Source: Gammaproteobacteria bacterium
GTDB taxonomy: Bacteria > Pseudomonadota > Gammaproteobacteria > JAJFKG01
Direction: 5' to 3'
Assembly (NCBI GenBank): GCA_965116795.1
Contig: OZ220716.1
Span: 490,503 to 554,502, forward strand
Length of the DNA: 64,000 nt
Below the pieces are notes generated by a model that was given only the letters and a program-made list of their open reading frames with translations, made no database searches and was not told the DNA's origin. Below are positions 21,892 to 31,044 of this stretch, piece by piece. Positions within the stretch are counted from its first letter, which is position 1; each line of letters begins with the position of its first letter. The translations under genes were made by a program, and so were the position numbers.

Positions 21892-22713
21892 ATGCCTAGC
21901 AAAGATAACCAACCAACTATTCCCGCTGATATGATACCTGAACAATCTGTGGCAAGTCCGGCTAAGCCAGAGGATATTATTGATGCTGCAACGAATGATA
22001 ATTCAAAGGAAGCACCTCCAAAAGATCCTGATGAGCCAAAAAAACCCGACCTTCTTTCAGATAGCGGTGGGCAGCCACACTTGGCTGACTTTAGAAAGCA
22101 ATTAAATGATTTCTTTAACAAACAACTAAATGATGAACATGATGAATTAATGGAAAAATTCCGTTCAAATCAAAAAAATAATAAAAAACACAGCACAGAG
22201 ACACAAAATAACGAAAATAATACAGATGATGGTGATAACCAACAAGATACAGTAGATGAGATAGAGACATCTGATAACCTTCCTACCCCAACACCAGGAT
22301 CTGGTCATAGCGAAGCACTTGATGGTGAGAACGAAAATAACACAGATTATATTGATGGTGATAACCAACAAGATACAGTAGATGAGATAGAGACACTTGA
22401 TAACCTTCCTACCCCAACGCCAGAATCTAGTCAAAGCAAAGCATTTGATGGTGAAATTGGTGATACTCGTGCTCGTCAACAAGAAGCAACAGCTGCTAGC
22501 AATGAAAAAAAGGCAGAGGCAATGGATAGTGCCATGCCTTCGATGGAGACACCACCACAATCCATGGCCGGTCTCAATACGCAAGCTGCTAATGGCATGG
22601 GATCAGAAAACTTAGACCAAGCTACTCAAAGTAGTAGTACTGCTGGAAATTCAGGAAAACTAGGAGAGCTAGGAGAAATAGCTGAAGAAGCTGGCCCATT
22701 ATTGCTACTATAA
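21892..22713 (+). CDS. Hypothetical acidic, low-complexity protein with an internal tandem repeat
   Basis: 273-aa ORF with a strong upstream promoter; D/E/N/P-rich; no recognisable domain. Confidence 0.7.
   Translation: MPSKDNQPTIPADMIPEQSVASPAKPEDIIDAATNDNSKEAPPKDPDEPKKPDLLSDSGGQPHLADFRKQLNDFFNKQLNDEHDELMEKFRSNQKNNKKHSTETQNNENNTDDGDNQQDTVDEIETSDNLPTPTPGSGHSEALDGENENNTDYIDGDNQQDTVDEIETLDNLPTPTPESSQSKAFDGEIGDTRARQQEATAASNEKKAEAMDSAMPSMETPPQSMAGLNTQAANGMGSENLDQATQSSSTAGNSGKLGELGEIAEEAGPLLLL
22210..22455 (+). repeat. In-frame tandem duplication (120 bp + 126 bp)
   Basis: NENNTD(YI)DGDNQQDTVDEIET.DNLPTPTP.S..S.A.DGE occurs twice. Confidence 0.9.
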
Positions 22714-22836
22714 CGCGAATTCGACGAAATTATTCAGACCGCGGGGTAACGGGACAAATGATTAGCATGTTTGTTTTTTGTTTACTCAACCATTGATGAC
22801 AACATTAGGCTATTCCAGTTAGAATTAACCCTATTC

Positions 22837-23156
22837 AACGTGAGTTCGGCGAAATTATTCAGAATCATCTTATAGGTCGTCATCCCGCGGCTTGACCGCG
22901 GGATCCAGAGAATCGTGATATTAATTTGATATTCACCGTATTTTTATCTCTGGGTTTCATGCACTGGATCCCGCGGTCAAGCCGCGGGATGACGGGAGAG
23001 AGGGCGCCGCAGGATGACGGAGAGGAAGGATCTGAACGAGCTCGTTCAAGGATCTGAACAAGCTCGTTCTAGGAACGGCCCTTGAGAAATAGTAGTACTT
23101 CTTTATATCCTATAATTAAGTCTGGTTCTTTTTAAAAATTTCGCCGAACTCACATT
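22837..23156. mobile_element. 320-bp MITE with 20-bp TIRs and an apparent 4-bp target duplication (ATTC)
   Basis: aacgtgagttcggcgaaatt ... aatttcgccgaactcacatt (1 mismatch), attc on both flanks; a degenerate left end at ~22712-22738. Confidence 0.75.
22878..22994. repeat. Inverted REP pair nested in the MITE
   Basis: cgtcatcccgcggcttgaccgcgggatccag ... ctggatcccgcggtcaagccgcgggatgacg. Confidence 0.88.
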
Positions 23157-23182
23157 ATTCAATCATCTCAATAAGGACTATT

Positions 23183-24400
23183 GTGGACATTTACTTAGTC
23201 GGTGGAGCGGTACGTGATCAATTACTTGGATTGCCTGTCACTGAGCGCGATTGGGTCGTGGTTGGTGCCACACCAGAGATGATGTTAGCCCAAGGGTTTC
23301 GCCAAGTTGGTAAAGACTTCCCAGTATTTTTGCATCCGCAAACTCATGAAGAATACGCACTAGCACGTACTGAACGTAAAGCAGGTGTTGGTTATGGCGG
23401 TTTTCAAGTACATGCATCACCAGATGTAACCTTAGAAGATGATTTAAAACGACGCGATTTAACCATTAACGCCATGGCACAAACAACCGATGGCACTATT
23501 ATTGATCCATATGGTGGCCAAACTGATTTAGCTAACCGCTGTTTGCGTCACGTATCGCCTGCATTTACTGAAGATCCGTTGCGTATTTTACGCATTGCCC
23601 GTTTTGCTGCCCGCTTTGCTGAGCATAACTTTCAAATTGCACCAGAGACAATACAATTAGTAAAGCAAATGGTTGCTAGCGGTGAATTGCAACATTTAAC
23701 CGCTGAACGCGTGTGGAAAGAATTACAACGTGTATTTTCACAAGCGCATCCAAGTGTATTTATTCAAACACTACGCGATTGTGGTGCACTGACTACATTA
23801 TTACCTGAAGTTGATAAACTCTTTGGTGTGCCTGCCTCTAAAAAATGGCATCCGGAAGTAGACAGTGGTATTCATACCGTATTAGCTATCGATCAAGCCA
23901 GTCAATTATCACATGATCCTTGCGTCGTATTTGCTGTATTGGTCCACGATGTGGGTAAAGGATTAACACCACGCACGCTGTGGCCAAAACATCCCGATCA
24001 TGAATGTAACGGTGTACCATTAGTCACCGCGATTTGCCAACGGTTACGCACACCTAAAGCATATCGTGAACTAGCCATATTAGTTTGCAAGTACCATCTG
24101 GAATGTCATCGTTCTCAAGCGTTATCCGCAGAAGCATTATTAACGTTATTAGAACAGTTAGATCCGTGGCGTCGTCATTCACGATTTTGCCAATTTTTAT
24201 TAGCATGCGAAGCAGACGCGCGTGGTTGTCAAGGCTTTGAAATGCGTGACTATCCACAAGCAAATTTTTTGAAAACCGTATATGATGTAACTTGTCAAAT
24301 AGATATGAATGCCTTATTAAAAACAGGTGCACAAGGCAAAGCACTGGCAACCGTGATACGTAACAAACGATTAGCTACCATCAAAGCAATGTTAACCTAA
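23183..24400 (+). CDS. cca: Multifunctional CCA-adding enzyme
   Basis: YLVGGAVRD, VGKDFPVFLHP, EYALARTERK, RRDLTINAMA, EDPLR, HD domain HDVGKG. Confidence 0.95.
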   Translation: MDIYLVGGAVRDQLLGLPVTERDWVVVGATPEMMLAQGFRQVGKDFPVFLHPQTHEEYALARTERKAGVGYGGFQVHASPDVTLEDDLKRRDLTINAMAQTTDGTIIDPYGGQTDLANRCLRHVSPAFTEDPLRILRIARFAARFAEHNFQIAPETIQLVKQMVASGELQHLTAERVWKELQRVFSQAHPSVFIQTLRDCGALTTLLPEVDKLFGVPASKKWHPEVDSGIHTVLAIDQASQLSHDPCVVFAVLVHDVGKGLTPRTLWPKHPDHECNGVPLVTAICQRLRTPKAYRELAILVCKYHLECHRSQALSAEALLTLLEQLDPWRRHSRFCQFLLACEADARGCQGFEMRDYPQANFLKTVYDVTCQIDMNALLKTGAQGKALATVIRNKRLATIKAMLT

Positions 24401-24429
24401 TCGATTACGTCATACAGCACTAATTAAGT

Positions 24430-24458
24430 TTGCAATGCAAAACAAAATCTACTAGGAT
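24430..24458 (+). promoter_or_regulatory. Possible sigma70 promoter of waaC
   Basis: TTGCAA-17 bp-TAGGAT. Confidence 0.3.
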
Positions 24459-24500
24459 ACGCAACGTTATTAATCAACAATATATTTATCATTTTTCTTT

Positions 24501-25598
24501 ATGCGCGTTTTATTAGTTAAATTATCATCTATGGGCGACGTAATTCATGCCCTACCTGCACTAACTGATGCAAAGCAAGCCATTCCCGATATTCAATTTG
24601 ATTGGGTAATCGATGAAAACTTTCACGAAATTGCTAATTGGCATCCTAGCGTTAATCGCATTATCAAAAGTGCACATCGACGCTGGCGCAGTAATATACG
24701 CCACGTCATGTCTAATGGCGAACTACGTCAATTTTACCGTACACTACGTCAATGTGATTACGACCTTATATTAGATGCACAAGGGAATTTTAAAAGTGCA
24801 TTGATTACACGTTTAGCACAAAGCAAAACACGTGCTGGCTTAGATAAAGCCAGTGCTGCTGAACGTATTGCCAGCTTGGCATATCAAAAACACTATCACG
24901 TTAAAAAAGGCAATCACGCCATTGATCGTTTACGTGAATTATTTGCAAAGGCACTAAATTATTCCATACCGAATACACCGGCTGACTTTGCAATCGGGCA
25001 TGATAAGTTAATGCCACTTGCCATTTCATTACCAGAAAATTATTTGGTATTTGTACCGAATGCGAGCTGGGAAAGTAAGTGGTGGCCAGAAGCCTATTGG
25101 CAAGCATTAATTAAACGTGCACAAGAAGACAATATGCACGTGGTAATCCCTTGGGGTAGTGTATTAGAAAAAGAACGTGCGCAGCGTTTAGCAACCAATC
25201 AAAATAATGTTATATTGCTACCTAAAGTAACATTATCGCAAGCAGCATATGTTATTGCACATGCCAAAGCAGCTGTGTGTGTTGATACTGGGTTAGGGCA
25301 TTTAGCTGCTGCGTTAAATATTCCTGCAATCAGTTTATATGGTGCAACCAATCCCGGTTTAACCGGGGCTGTGGGTAACAATCAATTACACTTACATGCT
25401 GATTTTCCCTGTGCACCTTGCTATCAGAAACAATGTAGTTATACAAAACCCAGTAGTCAACAACCAGCTTGCTTTACTACATTGCCGCCTGATCTAGTCT
25501 GGGAAAAACTAATCGGATTACTAGGGCCTATTTACAATTCAGATTCTTTGTATCCGTCATCCCATGGCCAAGCTCATAAGTCTTTACACAAATTTTAG
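24501..25598 (+). CDS. waaC: LPS heptosyltransferase I
   Basis: MRVLLVKLSSMGDVIH, DAQG, VDTGLGHLAAA, SLYGAT. Confidence 0.9.
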   Translation: MRVLLVKLSSMGDVIHALPALTDAKQAIPDIQFDWVIDENFHEIANWHPSVNRIIKSAHRRWRSNIRHVMSNGELRQFYRTLRQCDYDLILDAQGNFKSALITRLAQSKTRAGLDKASAAERIASLAYQKHYHVKKGNHAIDRLRELFAKALNYSIPNTPADFAIGHDKLMPLAISLPENYLVFVPNASWESKWWPEAYWQALIKRAQEDNMHVVIPWGSVLEKERAQRLATNQNNVILLPKVTLSQAAYVIAHAKAAVCVDTGLGHLAAALNIPAISLYGATNPGLTGAVGNNQLHLHADFPCAPCYQKQCSYTKPSSQQPACFTTLPPDLVWEKLIGLLGPIYNSDSLYPSSHGQAHKSLHKF

Positions 25599-25649
25599 TA
25601 AACAAACCAAACATGTTGGCTAGGTAGGAAATTAATATTATCTCTCCCT

Positions 25650-25781
25650 TGTACCCGTCATCCCGCGACTTGATCGCGGGATCCAGAGAATAGAGCAGAT
25701 GACTTTAATATTTATACTGTTTTTCTAATACTGAGTTTTGTTCCCTGGATCCCGCGATCAAGTCGCGGGATGACGGGTACA
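25650..25781. repeat. Inverted REP pair between convergent waaC and speD
   Basis: tgtacccgtcatcccgcgacttgatcgcgggatccag ... ctggatcccgcgatcaagtcgcgggatgacgggtaca. Confidence 0.9.
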
Positions 25782-25845
25782 GAAGGATTTTTAATTCCGT
25801 TCTCTTAATTTTATTCATCGCAATAAATTGCAAACGGACCCTAAA

Positions 25846-26685
25846 TTAATCATCGAATAATTGTTGCTTACGCACAATATGCTTAGCAATGTTGCGCCCA
25901 TAAAAAATCTCTAGCATTTCACGCTTTAATTGGTGTTTTATTTGCAGCAACTCAGCACGATTAAATTCGTCTTCACCGGTACCAAATAAATAATTATCTA
26001 ATACGAATTCTTTCAATAACATTTTTACGTGAAAGATATTTTCTTGATAAACATTAACATCGATCATTTGATAATGTTTGCGTGTATCTTTCGACATGTA
26101 ATGTTGAATCGAATTAATATCATGATCGATAAATAATTTCTTGCCATTGACATCCCGGGTAAAACCGCGCACTCGATAATCAACAGTAGCAATATCAGAC
26201 TCAAAACTATGTAACAAAAAATTAAGTGCTTTTAGCGGTGAAATCACTCCGCAGGTAGATACATCAATATCAGCACGAAACGTACTAATACCGTTATCCG
26301 GATGACTTTCTGGGTAAGTATGTACTGTAATGTGACTTTTATCTAAATGTGACACCACTGCATCTGGTAATGGGCCAGGCGCTTCTTTATTTAATGCAGA
26401 CTTTTCTGTTGGTGAACTCGTTGTTTCTTCAGCAATGAGCATGGTCACACTAGCACCTTGCGGTTCATAATCCTGATAAGAAATGTTTAAAATAGTTGCA
26501 CCGATGATCTCAACCACTTTAGTTAAGATGCCAGTTAAACGTTCAGCGTTATACATTTCATCAATATATTGAATGTATTCCTTGCAATGTTGGCGAGTTT
26601 TAGCATAACAAATATCGTAAACATTAAAACTTAATGTTTTAGTTAAATTGTTAAATCCATGTAGCTTTAATCTTTTTTTCACCAC
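25846..26685 (-). CDS. speD: S-adenosylmethionine decarboxylase proenzyme (E. coli type)
   Basis: [43 protein letters not shown]. Confidence 0.95.
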   Translation of the reverse strand: MVKKRLKLHGFNNLTKTLSFNVYDICYAKTRQHCKEYIQYIDEMYNAERLTGILTKVVEIIGATILNISYQDYEPQGASVTMLIAEETTSSPTEKSALNKEAPGPLPDAVVSHLDKSHITVHTYPESHPDNGISTFRADIDVSTCGVISPLKALNFLLHSFESDIATVDYRVRGFTRDVNGKKLFIDHDINSIQHYMSKDTRKHYQMIDVNVYQENIFHVKMLLKEFVLDNYLFGTGEDEFNRAELLQIKHQLKREMLEIFYGRNIAKHIVRKQQLFDD

Positions 26686-26886
26686 AGGCCTCTACGCTAA
26701 TTTAGGCTTAAAAAGGGCGGCTATTATAACAAATCAACTTAGAAACACCAGGGATCATGGATGCACTGTGGTAAAATTTTCACACGAAAATAGGGATGGA
26801 ATTCAAGATGTTATCTCACCCGGCGTAGTTGTCAGCGAAGTCGCGGCTGGCTTAGCGATTTCTGGAATGACAGTGTTAAGTGTTAA

Positions 26887-28335
26887 TTATCCCAGTAAAT
26901 CTTTAACCTGGATAATTTTCATTGCATTGGTACGGCCATGCACACCGATTAAATCACCTTTGGTTAAGATCACTGCATCTTCATCGGTTAAGAACCCGTG
27001 TGCTTTCACCGCTAAAATAGCCTGTTTATTTAATTCGACACGTGCACACTGGGTCATATCAAATGACAGTGGATACACTCCACGATATAACGTCATCTTA
27101 CGTTGAGTACCCACATGGCGGGTTAATCCAAAAATAGGGATCCCCGATCGGATCCGCGACATCCACAATGGTGTTGATCCAGACTCTGTCAATGCAACAA
27201 TGGCAGTCACATCCATATGATTAGCGGTATACATCGCTGCCATCGCAATCGCTTCGTCGACTTGGTTAAATCGACATTCCACGCGATGACCAGATACTTG
27301 AGTCATACGTTGTTTTTCAGCACCTAAACAAATGGTATTCGCTGTTTCAATCACTTTTACTGGATGCTCACCACTGGCTGTTTCAGCAGAAAACATCACT
27401 GCATCAGTACTATCCAATATCGCATTAGCTACATCGGATACTTCAGCACGTGTTGGCACCACATTTTGAATCATCGACTCTAACATTTGTGTAGCCGTGA
27501 TCACGGCTTTATTATAAGCACGCGCTTTATGAATAATATCCTTTTGTACAGCAGGTAATTCAGCATAGCCAATTTCAACCGCCAGATCGCCTCGCGCCAC
27601 CATCACTGCATCAGCAACTTGAATAATGTCGTCAATATTAGTGACCGCTTCACTGCGCTCAATTTTAGCGATAATACCCGCTGTGCCATTTGCTTCAGCG
27701 ATTAAGTTTTTGGCTAATTGAATATCCGCCGCATCCCGCGGAAATGACACAGCAATGTAATCAACATCATGTTGTACAGCAAAGGTTAAATCATCACGAT
27801 CTTTATCGGTTAATGCCGGCGCACTTAACCCACCACCTTGACGGTTAATCCCTTTATTGTTTGACAACACCCCACCGGCTTCTACTTTGCACTGAATAAT
27901 GTGTTGCTCAACATTAATAATCCGCAATTGAATTAAACCATCATCTAGCAATAATAAATCATTTGGTTTAACATCGTTGGGCAGTGCTTTGTAATCAATG
28001 CCAACAGCATGTTGATCACCTGCATCATCGGCCAACTGTGGATCCAAACAAAATTTATCGCCTTCTGTTAAAGTAATACTGCCTACTTTAAACCGTGTAA
28101 TACGAATTTTAGGACCTTGCAGATCAGCTAAGATCCCGATGGTTTTTTTTAATTGTTGACTAATGGTGCGCACACGCTGCATACGCTGCAATTGTTGTTG
28201 TTGGGTACCATGAGAAAAGTTTAAACGTACTAAATCGACACCCGCTGCTAATAAATCTTGCAAAATTGCATCATCATCTGTTGCTGGCCCCAAGGTAGCA
28301 ATCAGTTTAGTGCGACGTAATGTTAATGACGTCAT
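26887..28335 (-). CDS. pyk: Pyruvate kinase
   Basis: RRTKLIATLGPA, RLNFSHG, DLQGPKIR, MVARGDL, ATQMLESM. Confidence 0.96.
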   Translation of the reverse strand: MTSLTLRRTKLIATLGPATDDDAILQDLLAAGVDLVRLNFSHGTQQQQLQRMQRVRTISQQLKKTIGILADLQGPKIRITRFKVGSITLTEGDKFCLDPQLADDAGDQHAVGIDYKALPNDVKPNDLLLLDDGLIQLRIINVEQHIIQCKVEAGGVLSNNKGINRQGGGLSAPALTDKDRDDLTFAVQHDVDYIAVSFPRDAADIQLAKNLIAEANGTAGIIAKIERSEAVTNIDDIIQVADAVMVARGDLAVEIGYAELPAVQKDIIHKARAYNKAVITATQMLESMIQNVVPTRAEVSDVANAILDSTDAVMFSAETASGEHPVKVIETANTICLGAEKQRMTQVSGHRVECRFNQVDEAIAMAAMYTANHMDVTAIVALTESGSTPLWMSRIRSGIPIFGLTRHVGTQRKMTLYRGVYPLSFDMTQCARVELNKQAILAVKAHGFLTDEDAVILTKGDLIGVHGRTNAMKIIQVKDLLG

Positions 28336-29525
28336 GTTGATTGTCCTTTTTCAACAAGCACAGCAATCGCTGGCAATAACTTACCTTCTAAATATTCTAA
28401 AAAAGCCCCACCACCCGTAGAAATATAAGACATTGCCGATTGTAATCCTGCCATTTCAATCGCTGCTAATGTATCGCCACCGCCTACCATTGAGAATGCA
28501 GAAGATGATGCTACTGCTTGTGCAATGGCTAATGTGCCTGTGGCAAAGTGTGCACACTCAAACACACCAACAGGACCATTCCATACAATGGTACCTGCAT
28601 TAGCAATGCTTGTTTCATATTGTTTAATTGTTTGTGGGCCAATATCTACGATCATGTCAGGTTCCACTACAGCATCGACCATCTTTGTCGTTGGAATTGC
28701 AGTATCAGTAATCTCAGTGGCCACTACAACATCGCTGGGTAACAACAATGTTGTGCCATGTTGTTCAGCTTGGATCAATAAGCGTTTAGCATCAGCCAAC
28801 AATTCTGTTTCACACAGTGAACAACCAACCGGCTTACCACTTGCAGCTAAAAACGTATTAGCCATACCACCACCAATGATCAATTGATCAACTTTCGTGA
28901 TTAAATGTGCTAGCACTTGTAATTTGCTAGATACTTTCGCACCACCAACAATCGCTAATAATGGGTGTGCCGGATCTTGTAATGCGTTGGCTAAGGCTTC
29001 TAATTCACTTGTTAATAATGGGCCTGCACACGCAATCGGAGCAAACTTAGCTACCCCACACGTTGATGCATGCGCACGGTGCACTGTTGCAAACGCATCC
29101 ATTATAAATACATCACATAATGCCGCCATGCGTTGTGATAACGCAACATCATTTGCTTTTTCACCCACATTGAAACGTACATTTTCTAATAAAAGAATAT
29201 GATCATTGGTTCTAGGTAATTGTTCTGGGTGAATGGCCCAATCGCGGTATAATTCCACTGGGCATTGCATTAATTCACTTAAACGTTGCGCCACCGGTTG
29301 CAATGACAATGTTTCATCAAATACCCCTTCTTGTGGACGTCCTAAATGGGATAGAATCATTACTTGTGCAGGTTGCTGAGATAAAATCTGTTTAATCCCT
29401 GGGATCGCTGCTTGCAAACGCAAGTCACTTTTTACCTTACCATCACGGATCGGCACGTTAAAATCTTCTCGAATTAAGACACGCTTATCACGCAAATTGA
29501 TATCAGCTAATTTTAAAATCGACAT
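28332..29525 (-). CDS. pgk: Phosphoglycerate kinase
   Basis: DFNVP, SHLGRP, LLENVRF, GGAKVSSK, WNGPVGVFE, STGGGAFLE. Confidence 0.96.
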   Translation of the reverse strand: MSILKLADINLRDKRVLIREDFNVPIRDGKVKSDLRLQAAIPGIKQILSQQPAQVMILSHLGRPQEGVFDETLSLQPVAQRLSELMQCPVELYRDWAIHPEQLPRTNDHILLLENVRFNVGEKANDVALSQRMAALCDVFIMDAFATVHRAHASTCGVAKFAPIACAGPLLTSELEALANALQDPAHPLLAIVGGAKVSSKLQVLAHLITKVDQLIIGGGMANTFLAASGKPVGCSLCETELLADAKRLLIQAEQHGTTLLLPSDVVVATEITDTAIPTTKMVDAVVEPDMIVDIGPQTIKQYETSIANAGTIVWNGPVGVFECAHFATGTLAIAQAVASSSAFSMVGGGDTLAAIEMAGLQSAMSYISTGGGAFLEYLEGKLLPAIAVLVEKGQST

Positions 29526-29600
29526 ATGTTTCCTTGCTATGCAAACTACAAAAATGATCAGCAGCGTAGAAGATTAGCATAAAACGCCACTTTCGTCAGC

Positions 29601-29666
29601 TATACTCTTCGCGATTTGAATTTAGGCGCAGCCAACAAAGCATAAATTTAAATCGCGAAGAGTATA
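29601..29666. repeat. Internally deleted ERIC-like element (66 bp)
   Basis: tatactcttcgcgatttgaattta-ggcgcagccaacaaagca-taaatttaaatcgcgaagagtata. Confidence 0.85.
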
Positions 29667-29675
29667 TAATGGCAA

Positions 29676-30902
29676 TTAGAAATGTTTCGCAATATCTTCC
29701 CAATGGCGATGCAATGCATCGTATAATGGTGTAGGAACAGCAATATTACTAATAACATTTGGCCACGTATCACTAGCTTGCTGCACAATTTCTAAAACGA
29801 TTTGTTTAATGTGTTTTTTATCCAAATCACAATGTTCAGCTAACGATTGAAAATCAGCTAATGTTACCTTGCTAAATTGGCGAACACCATTAATAGGCAA
29901 TGCTAATTCATGTGTTTGTGTGTATAACAACGTGGAAAATGGCTGTAATAAAGGGGAAATGCGCGGCGTGTTATCGTCAGAATATATAATGGCAAAACGG
30001 TTAAGATCAGCATGTGCATTACCAATTAACAAATGAAATACCATCTGTGAAATCACTGTGCGTAACGCTAACCTTTCATCTTTAAAATAAGTTTGAATAA
30101 ACGATAATATGTCAGCAAATGTAGCTGGCTTTGCTAAATCAATTCCAACCATCCCCATTGCCTGTGCCATTGTTTCTGCATGAATAGGTATGCCATTGAT
30201 TTCATCGCGATCAACGCGCCCCATAATCAACGTGTTCTGTTCGTGTAAACCCGGGATATCTTTCGGTAATTTAATATTATCAACTTTAAAACAAGCAGGT
30301 GTTGCTAAACCAATTGCATTAGCTAAATGACTCATTAAATAGACATTGTCAACAAAAAACGGTTCATTTTGACTAGCTAATTGCAAATAAAATTGTGCTT
30401 GCAGTGGATTACGTGCCAAAATAAATTGATCATTTTCTTGAATCATTGCCACTTTGGTATGATGGCCTGGTAATGCCATGTATTGCCACGAATTAGGAAA
30501 TTTGCCTAATCGAATTTCTTCTAACATACCCATGTGACTTGTGCTATCACCACTTTGTGGTAACAATTGCACACCACCAAATACATTCCCCCCATAAATA
30601 CTGAGAAATAAAAAGGTATCTTCTGGTTTAATTGCAAACAAATCGCATAGCCAAGCATAATAATCACCGTATGGTAACAAATATGAAAAAAACGATGGTA
30701 AACCACGATGCGTACTAACCGTTATCCCTGAATTCATACATTGTGCTTGTGCCAGACTCAGGATGGGCTTGTCATTGCCAAGTGCTAAATAGTCTTCTGA
30801 AAAGGTAAATCTGGCTGCTTCTGTTGGCGTTGCAGCTGGTATCAATTGACCAATACGGGTATTTTTCACAAAAACGCAGATGTGATCGCTCATGCTATCC
30901 AT
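29676..30902 (-). CDS. HipA-family protein with degenerate catalytic motifs (probable pseudokinase)
   Basis: HipA-like LSL, LPSFFSYLLP.G, RVDR, HAET.AQ, LLIGN.., SP....ST, LAL motifs in order; no adjacent HipB. Confidence 0.7.
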   Translation of the reverse strand: MDSMSDHICVFVKNTRIGQLIPAATPTEAARFTFSEDYLALGNDKPILSLAQAQCMNSGITVSTHRGLPSFFSYLLPYGDYYAWLCDLFAIKPEDTFLFLSIYGGNVFGGVQLLPQSGDSTSHMGMLEEIRLGKFPNSWQYMALPGHHTKVAMIQENDQFILARNPLQAQFYLQLASQNEPFFVDNVYLMSHLANAIGLATPACFKVDNIKLPKDIPGLHEQNTLIMGRVDRDEINGIPIHAETMAQAMGMVGIDLAKPATFADILSFIQTYFKDERLALRTVISQMVFHLLIGNAHADLNRFAIIYSDDNTPRISPLLQPFSTLLYTQTHELALPINGVRQFSKVTLADFQSLAEHCDLDKKHIKQIVLEIVQQASDTWPNVISNIAVPTPLYDALHRHWEDIAKHF

Positions 30903-31044
30903 GCCGTCATGTTACAAATCGATTCATTGGCATTAAGTGTAAAGGATGAATAAGATAACAGCAAATTCAAATTCACTATTTAATAGGTTTACTAATAACC
31001 CATTTTTATGAAAAAATATCACCTGGTACCCAAGGAGACATAGC

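Noticed and set aside
22995-23080. CsrB/RsmZ-like sRNA suggested by several GGA motifs
   Set aside because: The GGAs come from REP ends and a tandem 21-mer inside a MITE and are not presented in successive hairpin loops.
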